DNA of 32,000 bases from Candidatus Heimdallarchaeota archaeon (GTDB taxonomy: Archaea > Asgardarchaeota > Heimdallarchaeia > Heimdallarchaeales > Kariarchaeaceae), in NCBI GenBank assembly GCA_030149205.1, contig JASBSB010000007.1, forward strand, positions 90,001 through 122,000. Reading direction: 5' to 3'. The position numbers and the translations under genes are program-made. Numbering within the stretch: position 1 is the first letter of the stretch; every line of letters begins with the position of its first letter. This document shows positions 18,102-26,656 of this stretch, one piece after another. The notes under the pieces were generated by a model that was not told the origin of the DNA, made no database searches, and was given only the letters and a program-made list of their open reading frames with translations.

Positions 18102-19055
18102 ATGAAAATAGGAGTTGAGATAGAACCACCAAAAGGAGCCTATACAACTCAAAAGGAGGAGAAACACTCATTTGAAGAGGAAGTCAATGCCTATAAGAAT
18201 CATGTCTCTATGATTTCAATCACCAACCGTCCAGTATTTGGATTGTCTTCCATAACTATGGCAAAACGTGTGCAGAGATTATCGATGGATGCCAACAGAG
18301 AAATTAGAATTAACCTACATTTAACAACAAGGTATTCACATTTTGACATATACAGGGAGGTGTTGGATTCTCATCGGATAGGGTTAACAGATCTACTTCC
18401 AATCTTAGGGGATCCTAGAGGTCCTAAAAATGATAAAACATACTTTGTAGATGGATTTGAGATTTTAGGTTTTGTAAACTATCTACGTAATGGGAATGCA
18501 GAATACCTATCAGACAGATTCACTGAAATGATTGAGAGAGGAGAATTCATTGAACCTCTTGATGATACTAAGTTTCGGGTAGGCTCTGTGGTGGATCTGA
18601 ATCCATACAAGGAAATAAAAGGAAAGCAAATAGAGATCAGGGAAAAACAGATCAAATTTGCCCTTAGAAAACAAGAATTAGGGGCGGATTATCTAATTTC
18701 ACAGGGAATCTTTGACACGGAACATTATTTTTCATTTTTAGAAGAATCAGGCTTAAAGATACCAATCATCCCTGGTGTCCTACCAGCCAGGTTACGGCTA
18801 ATAAATGCATTTGGTATTCCAATAAATACTCTGTTAAAGTCTAGATTAAGAGCACAATTTAGCACAGAGGATGAACAAAGGGAGGGAAATAAGATCTCAA
18901 GGGATGTGTTCAACGATCTCAAAGAAAAAGGGTGTGAAGCAGTTCACGTCTATTCTTTGGGGTCTTTAAAAAATTTTGAAGAGATCACTGGTCTTAAAGT
19001 TGGTCTTCCTAAGATCAAACTTTATGACAAATCAAAAGACCTTGGCAAAAGCTGA
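18102..19055 (+). CDS. metF: Methylenetetrahydrofolate reductase (MetF family, divergent)
   Basis: VEIEPPK, HLT, LGDP, ISQGIFD, PIIPGVLP and HVYSL match MTHFR motif positions; operon context. Likely start is the ATG at 18102. Confidence 0.8.
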   Translation: MKIGVEIEPPKGAYTTQKEEKHSFEEEVNAYKNHVSMISITNRPVFGLSSITMAKRVQRLSMDANREIRINLHLTTRYSHFDIYREVLDSHRIGLTDLLPILGDPRGPKNDKTYFVDGFEILGFVNYLRNGNAEYLSDRFTEMIERGEFIEPLDDTKFRVGSVVDLNPYKEIKGKQIEIREKQIKFALRKQELGADYLISQGIFDTEHYFSFLEESGLKIPIIPGVLPARLRLINAFGIPINTLLKSRLRAQFSTEDEQREGNKISRDVFNDLKEKGCEAVHVYSLGSLKNFEEITGLKVGLPKIKLYDKSKDLGKS

Positions 19056-19074
19056 GGAAACCGGAGAGAAATAA

Positions 19075-20208
19075 ATGACAAAAACTAGCTATTTAACGTC
19101 AGAAAGCGTTACTGAGGGTCACCCAGATAAGGTCGCTGATCAGATCAGTGACGCTATTCTTGATGAGATATTAAAAGAGGACAAGGCAGCCAGAGTTGCT
19201 TGTGAAACCTTTGTAACCACAGGACTTGTTGTTATTGGAGGAGAAATCGCAACAGAGAGTTATGTGAATCTACATCAGGTTGTAAGGGATACTGTTAAAG
19301 AAATTGGTTATGTACACCCAGACATCGGATTCTTCTACAAGGATGTGGCTGTGTTAAATGTTATACATGAACAAAGTCCAGATATCGCACAGGGTGTTAT
19401 CAAGAATTCATCAGAAGAACAGGGAGCTGGAGATCAGGGATTAATGTTTGGATATGCTGTCGATCATACAGATGAGTTAATGCCACTTCCAATCAAGCTT
19501 TCACATGATTTAACAAGAAATCTTGCAAGGCTTAGAAAATCCGGAGAGTTGGATTATTTAAGACCTGATGGAAAAGCCCAGATTGCTATAAGATATAAGG
19601 ACAATGTTCCACAGGAAGCCACAAAAGTTGTGATTGCTACCCAACACACCGAATCAGTGGATCAGACAAAGATTAAGCAAGATCTTACTGAACTTCTCAT
19701 CAAACCACAATTGGGGGAATATTTCACTGATAAGACTGATGTGATTGTAAATGGTACTGGTAAATTTGTAATCGGTGGTCCACATGGTGATGCTGGATTA
19801 ACTGGAAGAAAGATTATTGTAGACACCTATGGAGGAGCAGGTTACCATGGGGGTGGTGCCTTTTCAGGCAAGGATCCTTCAAAAGTGGACAGGTCTGGGT
19901 CATATGTGAGCCGTTATATTGCTAAAAATGTGGTGGCTGCTGGTTTAGCTAAAGAATGTTCTGTTCAGATTTCTTACTCAATAGGAGTAGCAGAACCCAT
20001 TTCATTTGACGTCAAAACTTTTGGAACATCTACTGACTTGTCTGATGAAGAAATCAGAGAGAAAGTTTTGAGAAACATTGACCTTCGCCCTGGTCCCATT
20101 ATAGAGAGGTTTGATCTGAGGAGACCAATTTTTAGACAGGTTTCAAACTATGGACATTTCGGGAGGAATGACTTAGATCTTCCTTGGGAAAAGACAGACT
20201 TATTTTAG
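19075..20208 (+). CDS. metK: S-adenosylmethionine synthetase, bacterial/eukaryotic type
   Basis: [54 protein letters not shown]. Confidence 0.98.
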   Translation: MTKTSYLTSESVTEGHPDKVADQISDAILDEILKEDKAARVACETFVTTGLVVIGGEIATESYVNLHQVVRDTVKEIGYVHPDIGFFYKDVAVLNVIHEQSPDIAQGVIKNSSEEQGAGDQGLMFGYAVDHTDELMPLPIKLSHDLTRNLARLRKSGELDYLRPDGKAQIAIRYKDNVPQEATKVVIATQHTESVDQTKIKQDLTELLIKPQLGEYFTDKTDVIVNGTGKFVIGGPHGDAGLTGRKIIVDTYGGAGYHGGGAFSGKDPSKVDRSGSYVSRYIAKNVVAAGLAKECSVQISYSIGVAEPISFDVKTFGTSTDLSDEEIREKVLRNIDLRPGPIIERFDLRRPIFRQVSNYGHFGRNDLDLPWEKTDLF

Positions 20209-20242
20209 TTTTTGCAGATAGCAATCACTAAACGCAATAATT

Positions 20243-20752
20243 TTAATGGTATATATTTGTGAGATATTGTTTCCATGGACCAACTTCTTCTTTGAAGTGG
20301 TTAGCAATAGACCTTGTAATTTGGATTAGATGGTTCAAATCATGCATTGCCCATGTCGATATTAACTCGCTTAAGGTAACCTTACCCAAAGAGGGATGAA
20401 TCCCAGTTTTATTGAGATTTTCTTTGATAGGAAGTGATTTTATAAATCCTAAATTCTTCTCTCTAAGCTCAATAAACTCTTTTAACAGAGCTTGAACTGT
20501 TGTTTTGTCATTAAGCTTGGGAATTCTGACAAAAGGCTCAAAGGATTTGTTAGCATCATCTGACAATATAATATTTATCCTTGGAACCCAGTCAGTATTC
20601 TCACCATGAATCAAATGTCCAAGAACAATTTTTGTATCCCAACTGTTATTATCTCCTCCACTTAACAATGAGTCGGGAAGTTGTGAGATTAATTCTTTGA
20701 TTGTTTTTGGGGTGTTTTGTAAGATACTGAGTGCAGAAGCGTAACTATTCAT
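20243..20752 (-). CDS. DinB/YfiT-family four-helix-bundle protein
   Basis: LGHLIHGENTDWVPR, GIHPSLGKVTLSELISTWAMHDLNHL (three-His metal triad). Confidence 0.85.
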   Translation of the reverse strand: MNSYASALSILQNTPKTIKELISQLPDSLLSGGDNNSWDTKIVLGHLIHGENTDWVPRINIILSDDANKSFEPFVRIPKLNDKTTVQALLKEFIELREKNLGFIKSLPIKENLNKTGIHPSLGKVTLSELISTWAMHDLNHLIQITRSIANHFKEEVGPWKQYLTNIYH

Positions 20753-20957
20753 ACATTTTCATGACCAAGGTGGATATAACCCTTTCGTGAGATGAAGCAC
20801 AAGAGACAAATGAAGTATTTTTAATTGGAAACTTTTGATTTATGGAGAAATTTCAAACCGAGCAAATGAAGTATGTTATAGATTAATCCTTAAATAACTT
20901 CTCTTGAATTTACACTTGATAATTGAGAGACACTGTTTCTCAGTTATTATTTCTAAA

Positions 20958-20975
20958 TAATTGCAGATGCAATTA
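20958..20975. promoter_or_regulatory. Putative operator palindrome TAATTGCA-GA-TGCAATTA
   Basis: Perfect 8-bp arms ending 2 nt before the AGGTGA SD (20978-20983) and 12 nt before the ATG at 20988. Confidence 0.55.
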
Positions 20976-20987
20976 ACAGGTGAAAGT

Positions 20988-22139
20988 ATGGAAAAAGTAG
21001 CTATAATTGGAGTTGGAGTTGAAGGCTTTAGACCTGAAATTCGAGACTTATCTTACAAAGAGATGGTTTATCAGGCAGCTGTTAAGGCCTACTCCGATGC
21101 AGATATAAATCCAAGAGAAGAGGTTGACACCTTTATCTCTTGTGAAGAGGACTTTTCTATGGGTACATCTATAACTGACGAGTACGCTCCTGATCAGTTA
21201 GGTGCAGCTCAGAGAACTGTTCATACAATTACTGGTGATGGTATTCAAGGCATTGTAGCAGCTTATATGCAAATTAAAACAGGTATGTTTGATGTAGCTG
21301 TGGTTGAAGCCCAGAGTCGATCTTCTGATATAAAAACCCATAATCAAATTCAGCATTTAGCATTTGATCCATTATATGCAAGGCAGTTTGATGCAATTTA
21401 CCACTCAGCTGGTGCATTGGAAAAGAGGATGTATACCTCTGAGTTCGGTGTATCTGAAGAGGCAATTGCGAACGTTGTTATAAAAAATCATGAAAATGCC
21501 CTTAGGAACCCAAACGCAGCATATGGTATGAGATTAAAAGAATTTGATGTATTGGAAGCTGAGATGGTGGCAAGCCCACTGAGAGATACAGAGATTTCTT
21601 CATCTGTAGATGGCTCTATAGTTGTGGTCTTAGCTAATGAAAAGGTTGTAAAAGAGAAAGATTCAAATCCAGTATGGATTAAGGGAATTAATTATGCAAC
21701 AAACTCACCAAACTTTGATACCAGAGAATGGAAGAAGGCAAAGTACGCAGAATTGAGCGCAAAAAAGGCGTATCAGATGGCTGGGATCAAAAACCCACAT
21801 GATGAAATAGATGTTTTTGAGGTGGATGATACCTATGCATTTAAGGAATTACAACATCTGGAGGGCCTAGGTCTTTTTGAATATGGAAAGGCTGCGGAAG
21901 CTTTAATGAATGGAGAATTTAGCAATAAAGGAAGTACCCCCGTAAATGTTTCTGGAGGAGTTCTTGGTATGGGAAATGCACATGATGCAAATGGTTTACA
22001 AAGAATATCAGAAATTGTAGAACAACTCAGAGGACATGCCGGTAGAAGGCAGGTCAAAGGAGCTAAGACTGGTCTCGCATTCTCTTGGAGAGGAGTTCCG
22101 ACTACAGCAGGAGCTGTGGCAATTTTGTCAAAGGAGTGA
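20988..22139 (+). CDS. Non-canonical thiolase-fold protein, subunit 1 (no nucleophilic Cys)
   Basis: Thiolase/SCP2-type fold motifs (DGSIVVVLA, PVNVSGG, RQVKGA); TITGDG in place of xxACASG; GNAH in place of GHP. AGGTGA SD supports the start at 20988. Confidence 0.85.
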   Translation: MEKVAIIGVGVEGFRPEIRDLSYKEMVYQAAVKAYSDADINPREEVDTFISCEEDFSMGTSITDEYAPDQLGAAQRTVHTITGDGIQGIVAAYMQIKTGMFDVAVVEAQSRSSDIKTHNQIQHLAFDPLYARQFDAIYHSAGALEKRMYTSEFGVSEEAIANVVIKNHENALRNPNAAYGMRLKEFDVLEAEMVASPLRDTEISSSVDGSIVVVLANEKVVKEKDSNPVWIKGINYATNSPNFDTREWKKAKYAELSAKKAYQMAGIKNPHDEIDVFEVDDTYAFKELQHLEGLGLFEYGKAAEALMNGEFSNKGSTPVNVSGGVLGMGNAHDANGLQRISEIVEQLRGHAGRRQVKGAKTGLAFSWRGVPTTAGAVAILSKE

Positions 22140-22144
22140 ATAAA

Positions 22145-23344
22145 ATGAAAGGAAAGAAAGTAGGAATGGTAAGTGTAGGACTTACAAAATTTATGAGACG
22201 GGCAAAGGAAACTCCTAAAGAATTAGCATATTATTCTGCGAAAATGGCTTTGGATAATGCCGGAATCACAAGAAAAGATGTAGATGGAGTAATCATAGGG
22301 TCTGCGCCTGACGCCTTTGATGGTGTTCATCAAAAGCATGAATATTTGACCGATGGGTCTGGTGGGTTCAATCTGCCAACCATGAGAGGTTATGTTGGAG
22401 GTGGAACCGGGGTTTTCTCACCAATTCAGGGGTGGTACTCAGTTGCTTCAGGTATGAACGATGTTGTTCTTATAACAACTGAGGAGAAAATGTCGACTAT
22501 TCAACCCTCTGCTCAGGCAGGTTTTCTAACAATTTTTGATAATATGATCGAGAGAAACTTAGGTCCGAACCTGGTTTGGATTTTTGCTCTTGAGATGAAA
22601 AGGTATATGGAGAAGCACGGAATTCCAAAAGAACATATAGCATCAGTTTCTGTCAAAAACAAAGGAAATGCTTTGGATCATCCCAGTGCTATGCTTGGGC
22701 AAAAGCTAACAATTGAACAGGTTATGAACTCAGAAGTTCTGGCTGATCCAGTTCATTTGTTAGACATCTCCCCAGTGGCAGATGGAGCAGTCTCATTTGT
22801 TATGATGTCAGAGGATAAAATTAAAGAATTTGGAATTCCACTTGATCAGGTAGCCTGGGTTGACGGTGTTGGTTGGAATGTTGATACAACCATCTGGACC
22901 AATCGTGACCTATACTATCCAAAGTATGTGGAAAAGGCTGCAAAGCAGGCATATAACATGGCAGGTCAAAAAGACCATTCTCCAGAGACTTTAAGAAAAT
23001 GGTTATCCTTTGCTGAACCTTATGATCCGTTCAATTATAAGGAGCTCCATCACTTGGAGGGGTTACAATTGTTCGGAAAGGGAGAAGCACCCCGAGCGGC
23101 TTTTGAGGGTGTCACTGCAAGAGATAGCGATTTTCCTGTAACACCTTCTGGAGGTTTACTTGGTGTTGGAAACCCCATTGCTGCTGCTGCTGGAATGAAG
23201 GCTGCAGAAGTGTATTTACAGCTTACCGGACAGGCAGGAAAGAGACAGATTCCAAAAGATGTAACTCGTGGATTAGCACAGGCTTGGGGAGATCTTATGC
23301 AAGTTGGTACTGTTCTTGTTATGAAAGGAGGTCAGGTGCAATAA
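22145..23344 (+). CDS. Non-canonical thiolase-fold protein, subunit 2 (contains no Cys)
   Basis: SPVADGA, TPSGGLLGVGNP, AGKRQI; YVGGGTG at the catalytic-Cys position; start ATG at 22145. Confidence 0.87.
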   Translation: MKGKKVGMVSVGLTKFMRRAKETPKELAYYSAKMALDNAGITRKDVDGVIIGSAPDAFDGVHQKHEYLTDGSGGFNLPTMRGYVGGGTGVFSPIQGWYSVASGMNDVVLITTEEKMSTIQPSAQAGFLTIFDNMIERNLGPNLVWIFALEMKRYMEKHGIPKEHIASVSVKNKGNALDHPSAMLGQKLTIEQVMNSEVLADPVHLLDISPVADGAVSFVMMSEDKIKEFGIPLDQVAWVDGVGWNVDTTIWTNRDLYYPKYVEKAAKQAYNMAGQKDHSPETLRKWLSFAEPYDPFNYKELHHLEGLQLFGKGEAPRAAFEGVTARDSDFPVTPSGGLLGVGNPIAAAAGMKAAEVYLQLTGQAGKRQIPKDVTRGLAQAWGDLMQVGTVLVMKGGQVQ

Positions 23345-23844
23345 TGGAACTTAGAGGTACAAAACTCAGCAATGATGAATTTCTGAATAAGGTTCTTAGT
23401 GTGACATACTACCCTGAATTGGATTATGCTTGGGCCACAGGAGTTGCAATCACAAAGTTTCTGAATGGTCTCAAAGAGGGTGTCATCTATGGCACCAAAT
23501 GCAATGAATGTTCTCGAGTTGTTTGTCCACCCCGTATGTTTTGTGAGGAATGTCATACCCCTATGAATGAGTATGTGGAACTTCCCCAAACAGGAATTAT
23601 CAATACCTTCTCTTTAGCATACATCAGAACAGATGCAACCAGAAGAGACAAAGCAGAAATTCCAGCAGTAATTGACATTGATGGAACCACAATCAGTCCA
23701 TCTGGTTTCTTACATCTCATTAATGAAGATACACCTCATGACAAGGTAAAGGTCAATGCAAAGGTGAAAGCCGTCTGGAAATCTCCAGAGGAACGTAAGG
23801 GAGATATCACAGATATCAAGTATTTTGATATTATGGAGGACTAA
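23344..23844 (+). CDS. DUF35 Zn-ribbon/OB-fold protein 1
   Basis: GTKCNECSRVVCPPRMFCEEC, then OB fold ending VKAVWK...GDITDIKYF; the ATG overlaps the upstream TAA. Confidence 0.9.
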   Translation: MELRGTKLSNDEFLNKVLSVTYYPELDYAWATGVAITKFLNGLKEGVIYGTKCNECSRVVCPPRMFCEECHTPMNEYVELPQTGIINTFSLAYIRTDATRRDKAEIPAVIDIDGTTISPSGFLHLINEDTPHDKVKVNAKVKAVWKSPEERKGDITDIKYFDIMED

Positions 23845-23846
23845 AC

Positions 23847-24311
23847 ATGTTACCAACAAAGAGAAATGCAAAACACAACAGTGTAAGAGAGGTAGAAGGA
23901 AGCTTTCCGATTCATTTTCATTACACAGCAGGAATTTCAACTGAAAAGTTCTTCCTTGGCTTAAAGGAAAAGAAGATCTTAGGAAACACTTGTGCAACCT
24001 GCAATTTCACATACCTACCCCCAAAAATATTTTGTGAGGATTGTTTCGCAGAATTGGGAAATGATACGTATAAAGAGGTTCCACAAACTGGTATCTTGGA
24101 AAGCTATACAGAGATCTATTATGATTTCAGAGGAGACAAGTTGGAAACACCATACTTTTTGGCACTCATTAAAGTTGATGAGACAGACACAATGTTTTAT
24201 CACAAATTGATAGATACTGAGAACCCTAAAATTGGTATGAAAGTGTCTGCTATTTGGAATGATGATCGAAAGGGCTCTATTCATGATCTAAATGGATTTA
24301 AAGGCATTTAA
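23847..24311 (+). CDS. DUF35 Zn-ribbon/OB-fold protein 2
   Basis: GNTCATCNFTYLPPKIFCEDC; IGMKVSAIW...GSIHDL. Confidence 0.9.
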   Translation: MLPTKRNAKHNSVREVEGSFPIHFHYTAGISTEKFFLGLKEKKILGNTCATCNFTYLPPKIFCEDCFAELGNDTYKEVPQTGILESYTEIYYDFRGDKLETPYFLALIKVDETDTMFYHKLIDTENPKIGMKVSAIWNDDRKGSIHDLNGFKGI

Positions 24312-24673
24312 ATAAATTGCGAGAAATAAGACACAATAAACATTATTATTACAGTTAATGAAATAATAACAAAAACTCCAATTGCAATAAATAAGATTAG
24401 ATTCATTTTGCTGATTCCTGTGATTAATTCATTAATATCATCACCTGAGGTTGTGATTATATTTTTGAAATAGACGAGGGGAGTAATAAAGCTTGCAGCC
24501 AATAAAAATAGACCGATTGATAAAGCAAAATCAGAAAATATGAAACCAGTTTTTAACCCTTCAATTAACAAAACCACTCCAGTCACAACCAGTGAAAATG
24601 AGAGAATAAGTAGTCCTAACATAAAATTCAGAAAAATCCTGTTTTCCTCTTGTGTAAATTCGTATTCAGACAT
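24308..24673 (-). CDS. Small membrane protein, paralog A
   Basis: About 3 hydrophobic segments; EYEFTQEEN and FKNIITTSGDDINELITG motifs shared with its neighbour. Confidence 0.75.
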   Translation of the reverse strand: MSEYEFTQEENRIFLNFMLGLLILSFSLVVTGVVLLIEGLKTGFIFSDFALSIGLFLLAASFITPLVYFKNIITTSGDDINELITGISKMNLILFIAIGVFVIISLTVIIMFIVSYFSQFI

Positions 24674-24682
24674 TAGATCACC

Positions 24683-25048
24683 TCAAAAAATCAAGATAAA
24701 AAAGAACACTCCAATCACTGTAATCACAGCTGAGATGATTAGAAAGGATTTAGTAAAGAGTGATAATCCAGCCATTAATTCTTTCAGATCAGAACCTTCA
24801 GAAATTGCAATCTGTTTGAAATGGTTTGATGGTAAAAATAGAAGGTAAGCAATTGGAAATAAGAGAACAAAAGAAATCGATGCAAACCAATTTCTTTCGA
24901 GGTTAAAAGAACTCTTGGTAAAAGTGATTAGACTGGTGAGTAGTCCTAAAAAGCCAGTAAGAAGTACTAGGATACTCAGAATCATCAATTGATTTCCAAA
25001 TCTCCAAAGAACTTCTGCGTCTTCCTCAGAGAATTCATATGAAGCCAT
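24683..25048 (-). CDS. Small membrane protein, paralog B
   Basis: SYEFSEEDA and FKQIAISEGSDLKELMAG; same 121-aa length as its neighbour. Confidence 0.75.
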   Translation of the reverse strand: MASYEFSEEDAEVLWRFGNQLMILSILVLLTGFLGLLTSLITFTKSSFNLERNWFASISFVLLFPIAYLLFLPSNHFKQIAISEGSDLKELMAGLSLFTKSFLIISAVITVIGVFFFILIF

Positions 25049-25166
25049 GCAACTTTGTATAAATATAGTATGTTAAAAATGTTTTGTGATTGATGTTGAA
25101 AATTGTTAATTAAGTCAATATTTTATAGTTATGGATGTTTTTTAATACTAAACAGAATTCACCAAT

Positions 25167-25943
25167 TTAATTACCAGTATACCTTGCAGACATTAAGAAG
25201 CCAGTATGTCCAATCATTCGGGTCGCTGGTCTTGTAGCTTGCTCTTTGATCTCTATTTCACGTTGAATCAATTCAATACAACTAATATCATAGTATCCAC
25301 TTTTTCTGAGGGATTGTTTAGTTCTTTCTAATTGATCAAATGTTGCAAGAAATATTACAATCATGGATCCTTTTTGAATATGTTGAGTAGTTATTGGAAT
25401 AATATCCCAAGGATCCAACAAATCCAGAATGAATGCTTCTGCTTTTCCTTCAGCAAACCCCATTTTTACATCAGTTAAATGTTGTTCCACGTTTGTTATA
25501 CCTAAAATTGCAAAATTTTCCTTTGCTATATTGAAGGCCTCCTCTCTAACCTCGTGAGTGATTATTTTTCCTGTTGAGCCCACTAAAGTTGCCAGGACAC
25601 TGGTGAGGGCCCCACTTCCGGTACCAGCCTCATAAACAAGCATCCCAGGTCGAATATCTGCTAGAAATGCAATCATTGCTGCATCCTTGTCGTAAATTAT
25701 TTGGCTTTTGTGTTTTACAGTATATATCCAATCTTTCATGGTGGGTTTCAACACCAGAAGTTTTTTACCTCGATTAGTTTTTACATAGTCTCCAGGTTCT
25801 TTTCCTATTATTCTCCTTAATTCTAGCTTCCCTGCAGAACAGTGAAAATCATTCTCTGAAATTTTTGTTAACCAACGGTTTTTTTTATCAAGAACTAGAA
25901 TAACTGAATCATCTTGTTGAAATTTAATAATCGTCATTTTCAA
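25167..25943 (-). CDS. trmI: tRNA (adenine-57/58-N1)-methyltransferase
   Basis: QIIYDKD, YEAGTGSGALT, LDLLDPW, RP..RMIGHTGFL. Confidence 0.93.
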   Translation of the reverse strand: MKMTIIKFQQDDSVILVLDKKNRWLTKISENDFHCSAGKLELRRIIGKEPGDYVKTNRGKKLLVLKPTMKDWIYTVKHKSQIIYDKDAAMIAFLADIRPGMLVYEAGTGSGALTSVLATLVGSTGKIITHEVREEAFNIAKENFAILGITNVEQHLTDVKMGFAEGKAEAFILDLLDPWDIIPITTQHIQKGSMIVIFLATFDQLERTKQSLRKSGYYDISCIELIQREIEIKEQATRPATRMIGHTGFLMSARYTGN

Positions 25944-26217
25944 AATCCTCTCTAAATGTATCTTTAATCAATTTTCTCTGAGTCTCTTTAAAATTATCGT
26001 CATCGACCTCTTTTTCAATGAGTTTATTGTTCAACCGTCGCAGAGAAATTACAGTTAGAATTACACCTACCACTAGACTCCCTAAAATAACTAGAAGTTT
26101 TGTGTAGTTAGGCATTGGGACAAAAACTATGATTAGTATTCCTATAAACATAACTGAGATAATTGAAAATAAAGGATCAAGAACTTTGAGCCCAAAGCTC
26201 AAATTAGATTTTGACAT
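25924..26217 (-). CDS. Two-TM hypothetical protein in the ATPase operon
   Basis: ATG 2 nt after the subunit K stop; two hydrophobic helices and an acidic/charged C-terminal tail; overlaps the trmI start. Confidence 0.7.
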   Translation of the reverse strand: MSKSNLSFGLKVLDPLFSIISVMFIGILIIVFVPMPNYTKLLVILGSLVVGVILTVISLRRLNNKLIEKEVDDDNFKETQRKLIKDTFREDFENDDY

Positions 26218-26219
26218 GC

Positions 26220-26558
26220 TTATGATACGAATAACAGTAAGAAAGAAATAAGTAGCCCATAAATTGCAATAGCTTCAATAAGCACGACAAATAGGATTGA
26301 ATTTCCAAACATTGCTCTGTCTTCAGCAATTGCACCAATAGCTGCGCTAGAAGCAGGACCCATACCCATACCGGCACCAATTCCTGCTAGTCCTACTGCG
26401 AGTCCAGCTCCAATAAATTTACCTGCCTCAGGAGTCATCCCAATTTGGGTTACATTTGCGTAAGTTGTTGCATCCAAGCCAAGTGCGCTAACAGTTATTA
26501 TGAAGGCACTTATAGCCAGAGAAGCAGCAATCATCGTCATCTTTGTGATTTTTTTCAT
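26220..26558 (-). CDS. atpK: A/V-type ATPase proteolipid subunit K (c), single hairpin with N-terminal leader
   Basis: GAGLAVGLAGIGAGMGMG; LIEAIAIYG carrying the ion-binding Glu; GAGGT SD upstream. Confidence 0.95.
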   Translation of the reverse strand: MKKITKMTMIAASLAISAFIITVSALGLDATTYANVTQIGMTPEAGKFIGAGLAVGLAGIGAGMGMGPASSAAIGAIAEDRAMFGNSILFVVLIEAIAIYGLLISFLLLFVS

Positions 26559-26586
26559 AGTTGATTTACCTCTTGTGTTTTTATAT

Positions 26587-26656
26587 TTTAATCGGTTGAT
26601 ACCGATTAAATTGGTTGGTTCATTAAAGAACCGATAAACTTAGTGACCTAAGTTTA
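26587..26656. other. Three stacked inverted repeats between subunit C and subunit K genes
   Basis: TTTAATCGGT-TGAT-ACCGATTAAA (26587-26610); GGTTC-N6-GAACC (26617-26632); TAAACTTAG-TGAC-CTAAGTTTA (26635-26656). Confidence 0.65.
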
